Origin: Phoronis australis
Taxonomy: Eukaryota; Animalia; Phoronida
Length of the DNA: 64,000 bases
Assembly (NCBI GenBank): GCA_002633005.1
Contig: NMRA01000159.1
Span: 512,473 to 576,472, forward strand
Reading direction: 5' to 3'
This document shows positions 39,412-50,000 of this stretch, piece after piece. Each line of letters starts with the position of its first letter. Position 1 is the stretch's first letter. The notes under the pieces were generated by a model, which worked only from the letters and a program-made list of their open reading frames with translations, searched no databases and was not told where the DNA came from. The translations under genes were made by a program, and so were the position numbers.

Positions 39412-42041
39412 TTTTCCACTTGAGGAACCAACGTGAGATAGTGGGTTTTCTATGCACTGATGTAGATAGCGAGACGGTGAATTAATACATCAAGAAAACT
39501 AATGCACTTGTCTACTTATGACTCCATGGTAAACTTAATGCTGTTACATAACATATGTTCACCCAGAGTGGGGGGCTCATTCGAAGCGGGCAGATAGGTT
39601 CGTCTCAGAGAAACAAAAAGTCTGAGAAAATGAGATAAAAGTCCACAGGAATCCGGCGTGAATGCAAAATTCATAGGTCTGAAAGTAGTGCCCCGTTTTT
39701 AATTTCCTTAAAAGGTCCACATACTGAAACATTCGAGCCCCTCTATATTTTAGGCTGGGTGTGCGCATGCATAAGGTGTTCATCCTATCAAGAAATGGCT
39801 TAGCCTGACCGATGACTAAAAGTTAAGAAAATGTCATCAACATAATGCTTAAACAATACAATGGTAGATCAATAGGACAGTTTTTAAATGCCAGCTCTTC
39901 TAGATATTTGGTCAAGATGTTCACCAACCGTAATACCGTACATGTATCTGTAGTTGCACTCTGTCGTAGTGAGCCAATCTATCTTTGTCATATGAAAAAA
40001 CAGGTTATTCGACCAGTTTCACACAACCTCACCATTCCTATTGAAACTCTGGAACTCAGTAAACAAGGGTTTTTAAAAGTTCGATGTATTCATATAAAAT
40101 TGTAGTAAGTAATACGTTTATTTGTATTAAGTAATATGTTTATTTGTATTAAAGACCTCTGGCCCAAAGCACAATAAACAAAAGATTAACAGGCACATTT
40201 GCACACACAGTGAACCCATTTAAGAGTTTTTCTCGTCTTTTAAGAGGAGAATACACGTATTTAACGATCTGGATTAGCTAGCAGTTCTAAACAGGATTCT
40301 TGAGTTGGATGCTTCCATTGAACTTCCTTCATAAAACGTGACCTTAGTTCACAATATCCCTTGCAAATCACCAGGAAGTGGTATTCATCCTCTACACGAC
40401 CATCATTGCAAATCAAACATAATTTTTATTTATCTAAACATCATTCAACAAAGAATGGACTCACCGGAGACAGCCCAAGAGTTGTTATCTCTGCGGCGAA
40501 GGATGTTAAAGTTGTCTCCGATGAGTTGCCAGCAGTCACTGGTACGGTGCGCGGCTTTAGACGCTCTGCGGCTGGGTTAAAGATCTTTTATAGGCCTAAC
40601 TATCCCCAATTCCCGTACCAGGACGAATTTCAAAAAATAACTTGACTTGGCTGCGTCAGATGTGATATGCGACGTTGATGTTGAAATTGCGCCATATTTT
40701 TTATGTTGATTTCCTTTGTTGGTTTATAATTCATATATTGCAATGTAGGCATCCAGGGGAGGCTTGGATGTACTTGTGACTTTCTTGTGTCTACCCACTT
40801 CCACTTGTAGTCTGTGGTTGGAGTAATGTAAAGGAGTAAATGCTTGAATAAGATTATTATGTAACGGTAACTTTTTATGGTTCAGAACAGTCTTAAAGTT
40901 ACAGTAGTATTTAAGTTTTGAATTATGCTCAATTTCTGATGGCCAATCTTGCTCATAGCACTCATTAACTCTTTGCGAGAAGATACTTAGAAACTAGACT
41001 TCACATGTGACACCTTGATTCAATCAAATTTCATGAAAAAACATATTTTGAGAACAATTGTCTAACAGAAGGTACCCAAGTATTTCTCCCATTCCAATCT
41101 AAATCAGCTATCATGTCATAAGCTGCTTCAGCGTATCTAGTAGGTGGCATTTTCAATAACTTTAGCCAATATTTTACACGCGTGACATAGTACTTTGCAT
41201 AGAGCACAATTCCACATTCGCCCAATACAGCTGCGTTTGAGCAAGAGTTTCCAACTCCCAAGAACAATTTTACAGAATTTAACGTATACATTTTCAAGCC
41301 ATTCGTATTCTTTGAATCCACAGATTTCCACACCGTATTCGCCCTAATAAGCACCTAGGGCACTTAGAAAATTTCGCTTGAAGAAGGGGCGCTTATTATA
41401 GTCCAAAAGTGGTCGAAACCCGGTCTCCGAAACAGGTGAAATTGTAAGCTAGAATTCCTCAAATTTACGCTCTGTGACTCATCTATAACCTATGACAGTT
41501 TCTACAAAATTGTGGCGCGTTGCTATCAAGCTTTGCAGTTAAATTAGGATCATTTTTCAGAAAATTGTACTGAAATCCCTGGGCGAAAACTCGCCAACTG
41601 ACGCGTCGCTGCATCGGCATCGCCGATAGGTCAACTTGAATTCTTGAGTAAAAATACAGTTTCGATTCGTCAAATTACCTGAAGTCCTCATAAAAGCTTT
41701 CAAAATAGTGTCCCGAAGATTTTTAAGATCCTGTGAAGTCGGGATTAAAGCACAATTAAGTCCAAGTCTGCGCTAGATCGTACGCCGCAACACGAAAAAA
41801 ATCTCTGAACGCACACAAGTTGTTGTCACGTGATGTTTGTTTTAAGTTCGTCTGCGTATTGTGTAAGTGACTGAGCGCGTGCGTGTCATCAGAGTTCATT
41901 TGCCAGAGTAAACACGATGTAACGATCTAGGTATTTATTGTAATTAAGGAAATAAACACAAGCAGTAAAGCAGAACGTATTTTATTTAGCCCTTGTTGAT
42001 CTCATCTGCTAAAAAACTTTCGAGAATTTTCTCGGTAAGGC

Positions 42042-42197
42042 CAGTGCTGTAGTCGGGCGTAGGCGCACGTAGGCGCAGCCAACCACCTTTTATTATTTGA
42101 ACATTGCGCCTACGCACCGTAAGTTAAGTTCAGTGCTCAAGGTGATACGGTTGTCTTTGGGCGCCTACTTACCTCTAATTTTACCACTATAGCACTG
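42042..42197. mobile_element. hAT MITE (156 bp)
   Basis: TIR CAGTGCTGTAGT / ACTATAGCACTG, perfect 8-bp TSD GGTAAGGC. Confidence 0.9.
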
Positions 42198-42609
42198 GGT
42201 AAGGCCGATGTCATTGAGTCGCCGGGTGATTGGATGCGTGACAGTCGAACAGTTATTTTGTGGGAGAATCGGGGGATGTAAGGGTGCAGAAGTGTTCACT
42301 ACAGTGGATCTTTGACTTTAAAAACACCAATTACGACTAATTTAAGAATTCCCCCTTAAAAGTAACGCAAACGTTTTTTACGGTATTGGAAACTTTTGGA
42401 AATAAGTGCCATTATTTATTTCTTGCCGATGCTATGTTACCCGTTTCATGAATAGATAGTTCCTGAAGACTAATCTTCGATGACTGGTAGGCCTACTTCA
42501 ATGTAGCACCATGTGTTTTGCACTGAACAAAGGTCAAGTTAATCTTCGATTCGCGCTTGCGTTCTTTTTGAAGCACAGAAGTTGAAGTGTATAGTCACGG
42601 CTTAATACC

Positions 42610-43692
42610 CATAGGCGGATTTAACGGGGTGGGGGCAGGGGGCCCGCCCCCCTCCTTGGCTGCCACAAAAAAGCGTAGGGAAATGTTTAGTTTATTAATT
42701 AACAAAGGCAGATCCAGGATTTTTATTTAGGGGGCCAGGGCAGAGTATTAGCCAGGATTTGCCCGTCAGACGGCACACCCCCGAATTGCCAAATGTAATC
42801 TGGGAGAGTTTTAGGGGGGCCATGGCCCGCTTGGCCCCCCTCTAAATCCGCCCCTGATTAACCCCAGTAATTAACATTATACGGTGGAAACAAGATTTAA
42901 ATGTGTGCAGTTTTAGTGTGTTTGGGGGGGGGCTCAGATCCAATTTCAAGTGTCAAATTCGAACAGTGCTCAATTGTAATGAAACTATGGCTAAGTATAG
43001 GCTCTCTCGCGATATCCCAGGCGACCGGCAGTGGCGCTGCGCACTGCGACTCCGTTTCCGTTGTCTGCTTCACTGTGCAATGAAGAAAATTACTTCATTT
43101 TTTTAAAGAAAATGGAATCTGAGTGACGATGGAAAAACAGGTGCTGATAAGATGTGAATTTTAATCGAAGCCTTAGTGAATCGCTCAAAAACTCATAATT
43201 CTCTCTTTGTCAAACCTTAACTTAATACGATTTCCAAAGCAATCGCATCATTAATGCCAACACAAAAAACGAATTTGGTTTTTTGGGCTATTGAAAACTA
43301 TTTTGAATACATCAAATTTGTTATGAACTGATTGCACAAAATATAAAGTGTAATAAGCATTACAAAAAGAAGTAGGTTTCGCGCGCAAACACTGTGGACC
43401 ATAAACAAGTAGGTCTCTTATTATCAAGTTTTGAGTGAAATCGTGGTGGTGTAGTGGTAAAGCATGCGCGCTCTACCCGCCAGGTCGTGAGTTCGCGTCT
43501 TTGATAAGTGCACGTTTTCATGTTTGACACGTTTTGCGCGTTATTTTTTTTCTTTGCCTTTTTTCTTGGATAATACTTCAGGAATCAAGGAAAATGCTTG
43601 GTTTTTAGAGGAAAAAACAAAAATTTTCCTTTGCGTAAATGTTTTCATACAAAATGTTGGGCCCCCCTTGTGATATCCTAGATCCGCCACAG
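42610..43692. mobile_element. hAT5-like MITE (outer) containing a second hAT5-like MITE (42703-42856)
   Basis: Outer: CATAGGCGGAT...GATCCGCCACAG, 5-bp TSD ATACC, empty site visible in copy 3 (~59895). Inner: CAAAGGCAGATCC...AATCCGCCCCTG, 5-bp TSD ATTAA. Confidence 0.75.
43440..43500 (+). mobile_element. tRNA-derived SINE head (degenerate)
   Basis: A box TGGTGTAGTGG and B box GAGTTCG; no complete cloverleaf. Confidence 0.5.
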
Positions 43693-45950
43693 ATACCGAC
43701 ATAGCCGCGAGGCTCGTAGTCTACAAATTCCGTGCACAATGATTTTTTCAGGATTGTCGGATCTTATTGATAAATTGAAGACGTTACTGTAGAATTTTCG
43801 AACAGTAGATAAGGCATTTTCGCATGTACGCGGTGTTCATGGACTGGGCGCTTATTTTAGAAAAGTTTGAAAACGCATGGGGGCGCTTATAGGGGCATGG
43901 GCGCTTATTAGGGTGAATACGGTAGTTGGCACAGCAATTTTATCAAACAGTTCAAGTGATAGGTTCAATGGTAATTCCCTGCACCGGTTTCTAATTTTAG
44001 AGGTAGACATAGCAGCTTTACTACCTTGATGTGCCAGAGTTTTAGTGGCTTTGGACCAAACTAATCTTGGTGTAAAAAGTATTCCAAGATATTTATATTG
44101 GGAGACAACCTCCACTACTTGATTTCCATAATACCACTTCTGATATGCTGTGAGTGGCCTGCCATTTCTAAAAACAATGATGTTAGTTTTTTCAAATTTA
44201 CACTCATGCCCCAAGAAGAGCAATAATCATAAAGGCAGTTTATCATTCTCGTACACCCTTGTCTGGTGCTGACAGAACAATCAGAAAAGTGGGTTATCCC
44301 TTCTCGGGTCCTTACGCAAAAAGTCGACAAAAGCACTTGTCAATAAAAACGACCCCCGGGCTTAGTGATATATTTTTAGCATAAAGCCTGAATCGTAAAC
44401 ATTTGGTCCTGAGTGCAATAGCCTTTGCAGAATCCCACCTGTGATTCACGAAGTTCATCATTTGCCTCATCCCAGGTGCTAAGCCGGTTGTTCAAAAGTT
44501 TGGTGAATAGCTTTTTACTGCTGACAACGATGGGATACCTCTATAATTGTTCTCATCTTCAGTGTTACCCTGTTTAAATATAGGAACAATTATTGCGTCA
44601 CACCAGCCCTGTGGGTAGTGACTTGTAGCAAGAATTCCATTGAAAAGCAGTTCCAATACAGGAACATTAGCTGCCTTCGTACTCTTCAACATCTCGAACA
44701 CAACAAAGACAATGCCAGCTGCTTTGCCATTTGGAAGATCCATTATAGCGCAGTCAATTTCCTCACATGAGAAACAAGTGTTCGTATCACTGGGTAAATT
44801 TTCGTCACAATCATCACAATAATTGTCATGATTTTCTTGTCTTACAACTGCATTTGACATAGTGTCGCTCAGTTCTATCTGTTTATTGAGCAACATGAGA
44901 TTAAAATACATGTACCACAGTTCTGGAGTCTCCTTCCGACTACTATTAAAATTTGATTTTACCAGAGCCCACAATTGCTTTGGATTATTTCTACTCTCCA
45001 AAATATTTTCTAGCAACTTCGACTGATGCTCTTTTTCTTTTTCTTTGTATAACATGCGGAATCGTCTCTCATTTTCTTTGTATACTACCAATTTTCCAGG
45101 GGAAGAGTCTCTCCGAAAAATATTCCAAGAGTGATTTATTAGAACTAAAATTGTAGTACGGAGAGAAAGAGAGAGTTGTTGGCTCACTATGTTCTTTGTA
45201 AGCGCTATTTCCAACAGTGCAGCTGCAAGACGAAGCTCAGCAGCCAATGTCTATGATTCAGAAGTAGTGCAGTGGTAATTGCCACTCAAAAATTAAGTTT
45301 TCACACCTTAAGCATTTTGAAAATAGCTGAAACAAAATTATTAGGAATAATGATTTAGAAATGTATTTAATGCGTCCAAGTAAAAATGCCACGATTTATT
45401 TATTTAAACACCAGACAGAAAAATGAAAGTTCATAAAGTTTTGCGCGCCACCTAGGTGACCAACTTTTATACTGTTTGTGCATATTTTCGGCAATATTTT
45501 TTATCTGCTGATTCTTAAATTCATGGTTTTCACTACTGTGAACTGAATACCACAACTATATGGCACTAAGAATCGTTATTCAAAGGGTTCATCAGGATTA
45601 TTACCGTCATTCTTGGAGTTATGTCCCTGATTTTTCAATTTTCCATTGTTGAATCCTTTGCAAAGTCCAATTAAATGTACCGGGTACAACCCCTACAAGT
45701 ATCCAAGCCAGTCAGAGTACTCATGCATTCAATGTACCAAAATAAAGTTTAACCAAAATGTAGGAAATGACCTAAAATTTCCTGGGTAAGATCCCCTAAC
45801 CTCCCAATGGGAGGGGGTACGTACCCCTTCAGGGCTGACTCCCTTTAATTCTAGAAAGTGGACACCCCTGCATGTGTTATGCTAGTGCAACCAAAATTTT
45901 CATTTTGTGTTGGTTTAAACAGAGTCTCTTCATATTTTCAGCGAAGCAAG

Positions 45951-47144
45951 ATGACCGGCATTTTATCACAGGCGACGACATCTCTCAACGCCTTTTGCCA
46001 TTACTTGAGTAGCGGGGCATCGACCGTGTTCAGCGTCAACTATGAGATCGTCTCATCTATTATTCATGTGTTGACGTCGGTCTGGTGGACAGCGGTGGCC
46101 ATATTCACCACTGTCTCTAACGTGTGCACCAGTGTTGCTGCGTTCATTATCGACTTATTGGAGGAATTGTTCAACCTGGCCTGCCTGCTTGTATGGATCG
46201 TTCAAAGTGTATGCAAGATTGTGATACGAGTTGTGTCGCTGGGAGAGTATCTCTTTTATCCCCTGGAAGTGTTGCTCTTCTATGCTTACGTCGGCATTCG
46301 TTTGATATTAAGTGGATCGTGGACCTGTGTAATGTATCTCTTGACAGCAGTATTAAGTTCAGTCGAGTTGACTTACGCTGGGGTAAGGCTTGGACTCGGT
46401 CAGATGTTTGATTCCTTCGACAAACTTGGATCATCTGTCATTTGGGTCATTGAGAACCTCAGACAAAGCGTAGTTGACGGCGCAACTAACGCCTGTTGTG
46501 AGATTTACACTTTATTGGGAAATGTCATTACCAGTATACTTCAGGCCACCAAGAGTGGCCTCTTTGAATTGGGTCGTTTCTGGGCAAACCTGTATACCAG
46601 CATGGGTGAATCGCTTACTCCGGAATCTTATTTTGGCATATTCGTCGTGATTGTTGTGTACATCATAACCATTTGGCTTCGAAAGTTCATAGGTGAGTAC
46701 GGGCTCACCTTTCCACCGGTCTTTCAGTTTGGCGAAGTCAACGAGAATGTACCAGCACCAGCTGACCACAGTGATGACTCATCCGACACTATGTCTGTGG
46801 CTTCTGTAGATTCTGATATCTCGGATTTTGCAGATGACTCTGATGTCGAAGAGATTGTGTCCGTCTTGAGTAGTCGAAATTTGAACCAGAGGCCGCCTAC
46901 ACCGTGTAAGCTAGGAACTTCGAGATCTACAAAAGATCTCGAGATCGAACTTGAGGCTGAGCGCGACAAGCGCATGTGCGTTGTTTGCCAAGATCAGGTG
47001 AAAAATGTGTTATTGCTTCCTTGTAGACATTTGTGTGCGTGCGTTGACTGTGCTCAACAACTGTTGAGGACGGTTGACTTGAACAGGAGAGTGTGTCCAT
47101 TGTGCAGGAGTCGGATTAAAGGAAGGATTGATGTGTTTACGTAA
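45951..47144 (+). CDS. RNF26: RING finger protein 26, ER-membrane E3 ubiquitin ligase (397 aa, single coding exon)
   Basis: Multiple hydrophobic N-terminal segments, an acidic linker and a C-terminal RING CVVCQDQVKNVLLLPCRHLCACVDCA...VCPLCR matching the RNF26 pattern; ATG in AAGATGA context just after acceptor-like AGs at 45922 and 45941. Confidence 0.9.
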   Translation: MTGILSQATTSLNAFCHYLSSGASTVFSVNYEIVSSIIHVLTSVWWTAVAIFTTVSNVCTSVAAFIIDLLEELFNLACLLVWIVQSVCKIVIRVVSLGEYLFYPLEVLLFYAYVGIRLILSGSWTCVMYLLTAVLSSVELTYAGVRLGLGQMFDSFDKLGSSVIWVIENLRQSVVDGATNACCEIYTLLGNVITSILQATKSGLFELGRFWANLYTSMGESLTPESYFGIFVVIVVYIITIWLRKFIGEYGLTFPPVFQFGEVNENVPAPADHSDDSSDTMSVASVDSDISDFADDSDVEEIVSVLSSRNLNQRPPTPCKLGTSRSTKDLEIELEAERDKRMCVVCQDQVKNVLLLPCRHLCACVDCAQQLLRTVDLNRRVCPLCRSRIKGRIDVFT

Positions 47145-49949
47145 CAGCCGTGATCATCTTGTATTTTGATCAACAGACTGTGGTCATGAGGAAGTCAGTG
47201 CAGTAGACTCCTGACTAGTTCCCTGTCAAAACACTAGATGGCATAACAGCTATATGTTTAACCAGGGAAATTTGAAAAGACTCTTTAACACTTTTGTCAC
47301 AGGTTCGTAACTTGGTGATGTACACGAGCTCAAATCTCGTCACACAAGTCTACTCTGCTCTATCTAAATCTAATTGTGCCAGACAACTAGGTAAAAGTTC
47401 TAGTTATTCTGGCCAATGAGAAGGCACTATTACGTGTCAGCAGTATTTACTGGCAATAAAACGAGAGGCGTGGTAATCGCTAATCAAATTTCAGTTAACA
47501 GTTTAATATTAGTTTATGTAGAAACTGGAATACATACTAGTAGTCTGTTGGACTTTTAAAGTGGAAGGATTTTGCTGTACACATAGCAACCATGGCTTAG
47601 CACTTTGATTGACATATTGTTGTCATGGAGTATTACAGTCCTGAAGAAGAGGTTGTGTCCTGTGCCTCGGTCTCAGGTGAGACATTCCAGTGACTGAAGT
47701 CTGCACAGCAGTATTTGAGCATAGATTGGGAGGCTGCTGGTCTCGCCAATTACTTGGAAGGCGTGTCCTCTCCTTGGGGTGTGTGATCAAACTAATGATT
47801 GACATGTTCATGCAGTGATTACTGGGTAGTTAGCATCTGAAAGATAAATTCTCACTAGCCCCATAAAGTTATTTGGGACTCCAGGAAATTGTACAAATTT
47901 AGCTAAATTTCTAATATCATATTTCAGATATGCACTGTTTTCCAAAATGTTGTTGAGAATTATTTTTTAATATTCTACTTTTGCATGATTTTTGTGAAAA
48001 ACAAACTTGAATGAAATGAAAATGGTAATTTATAAAACTTCTAATTTTTTTTGAGATTTCATCTTGAACATCTACATCAAATGAAATTTGGTTATGTAAT
48101 TGTATCATTTTGTTATGGATTTGACTTTCTTTTACTAAAGGTTGCCGCCTCGTGACCCAATTAATTGCAGGATTGGTGTGAAGTCTAACATCAAATTCTT
48201 CAGGTTTTCTACTTTCAGAAAATAATCTTTTGCTGTCAAGGTTAAAATGTATAGTTATGGCTAAAATACACTGACCTGACATTAAGGTACTTCATTACCT
48301 TAAATTGACCTGTAACCTTTTGAGTGGCTACCATTGGGAAACGTGAGATCACATGCAATTGATTTGAAGTGATTTACTTTACAGTTTGGAATGATTGGCC
48401 AATCCTGTCAAAATCAAGAACTTCTTTTTCTTTGCCAATCCATGTCGGGTCATATACCAGCGCTACATCCAAGCAGCGAACTTTTGATCTAAACTGATTA
48501 TCGATAAAAAATTGTTCTCAACTTGTTCCCGAAACTCAGGTGGGAAGTAGTTGCAAAGAACAGATAGTTCATTATTCCGCTAGACCCGCAATGTGCAAAA
48601 GATGGCCATACCAAGTCAACTGGTAGAGGCTGATCATAACCTATGACATACTTTTTCTTTCGAAGCCCTGATCACTTTCAGTTTGACTAAGGAACAATTT
48701 GACACTAATGTCTAAAAAGTAATTGGCTTAAACCAAAATTTGGTTTATTGTCACTTAAAACTGAATAAATGAGTCTGCCTTTGAAGTTATGTTAAGATCT
48801 TTTCAGCAAGTTTGGGTGGTTAGGCATATTTCTTCAAAATTGCATATTTTAACCTCTTAAAAATTCACAAAGCGTGTGGAATTTGATTTTTGACTTTATA
48901 CCTTTCTTTCGTTAATTGGATCATGTGAACATGCCTTTTAGTAACATTTAGCAAAAAAGGTGCATTTACAGCAAAACAACATTTGCTATCAATAATGTGA
49001 CCAAATTTTGTTTGAAATAAGTGTTCAAGCTGAAGTCTCAAAAACGCTTACAGTTTTCTAATTGTATCTCTTAGATATTTTATAAAGATCATAAAATTTC
49101 TATTTTTGTTATTGTGAGCTTTTTCTGCATCTCTGTAGTATGATCACTTAGAAACACATACAATGGACATCAGCTTAGCTGCAGCAATTCATACTTTTAT
49201 GCTAGGCATGGTATCGTCTTGATGTTGGCATTAAAACTAAACATTTCATATGTTGAGCTTGGTTCGCTGCATGTTTAAAGTGTGCTTGATCCGAGGCCAA
49301 AAACCATGTTTGATTCTGGTCTCTAACCCGACTCATTTTGAGACCTGTGCCTACCGACTGAAAAAAATAATTCAAGCACGATCAATTTCAGCCGAAGTTT
49401 TTTTTGAAAAGCTGTATAAAGGCACATAAGAAATGATAAGCAAGCTCGAAAATGCCATGATTTGCCAAGCGATAGTAAAATAACATGCATTGTTTTTGCT
49501 CGTCTCAAGTTGCTTTTCGTCACTGAAAAAAGTGAGCGAACTAAAAAAGTATCGTACCACCGGCTAAATTTTCAAACTAAGCCAGAGAGCAGAACCAACT
49601 ATGCTTTTTTGGCCCAATGATAAAATAGGTCAGGCCCTTAACAAGAACACCAGTCCAGCAATATTGGTGTGTACATAGAGTTCGCATTGTAAACTATTAT
49701 AGCCCTAGGCTACCACTAATGTTTTACAGGTCAGGAATTGCAAGGAATTCAATGTCTTGTGGATTTCACCAACACAGTTGGTCAGGTTGCATGACTGAGG
49801 GGGTTTATGGGCCTCCGTTTGTTATTTCTCAGTCTACTGTGGGGGTTGGGGGTGGGCACTAGCATTCGCAAAATTGTTTCCAAATTATCTCTTAGTCAAA
49901 TGGAAGACAATTCCTGGTCTTGGATATCACATTTGACAGACCAATTCAT

Positions 49950-50000
49950 ATAGGAAACAAAAAGTCGAGGTTAATGCAAAGCAACTTCACATGATTTATT
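49950..50000 (-). terminator. candidate distal polyadenylation signal of MEGF8 (~4.1 kb 3' UTR)
   Basis: AATAAA on the minus strand at 49995-50000 followed by a U/GU-rich tract; alternative hexamers near 51860 and 52166. Confidence 0.35.

Larger units (their letters stand above)
36250..39560 (-). mobile_element. Penelope-like retroelement RT fragment, split by a pogo-type element
   Basis: 39412-39560: SIKFTME..VDKCISFLDVLI...STSVHRKPT...LKW; resumes at 36390: VFPKKHKIGVVTSMFNQVFKICSNFDMF. Confidence 0.75.
41333..43922 (-). mobile_element. pogo/Tc1-type non-autonomous DNA element, copy 2 (more diverged)
   Basis: TIR CCGTATTCGCCCTAATAAG / CTTATTAGGGTGAATACGG|TA; inverted relative to copies 1 and 3; interrupts the LINE ORF. 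Confidence 0.88.
40100..45250 (-). mobile_element. RTE-X-like LINE ORF2 relic with 3' tail, interrupted by insertions
   Basis: NGKAAG, W..AIIVPIFKQG...NNYRGI, KTNIIVF, YKYLGILF, FDKIAVP..YGVEI, KFCKIVLG, SNHRLQVEVGRH, VEDEYHFLVIC..Y.ELR; AATAAA plus a short tandem tail at ~40105-40150. Confidence 0.85.

Noticed and set aside
45858-45950. GTG-initiated N-terminal extension of RNF26 in the ORF track
   Set aside because: Non-ATG start, and the segment reads as a pyrimidine-rich intron end with acceptor AGs.
45951-47144. MGRN1/RNF157 identity for the RING gene
   Set aside because: Multi-TM N-terminus, extreme C-terminal RING and intronless CDS fit RNF26; no myristoylation-type MG start.
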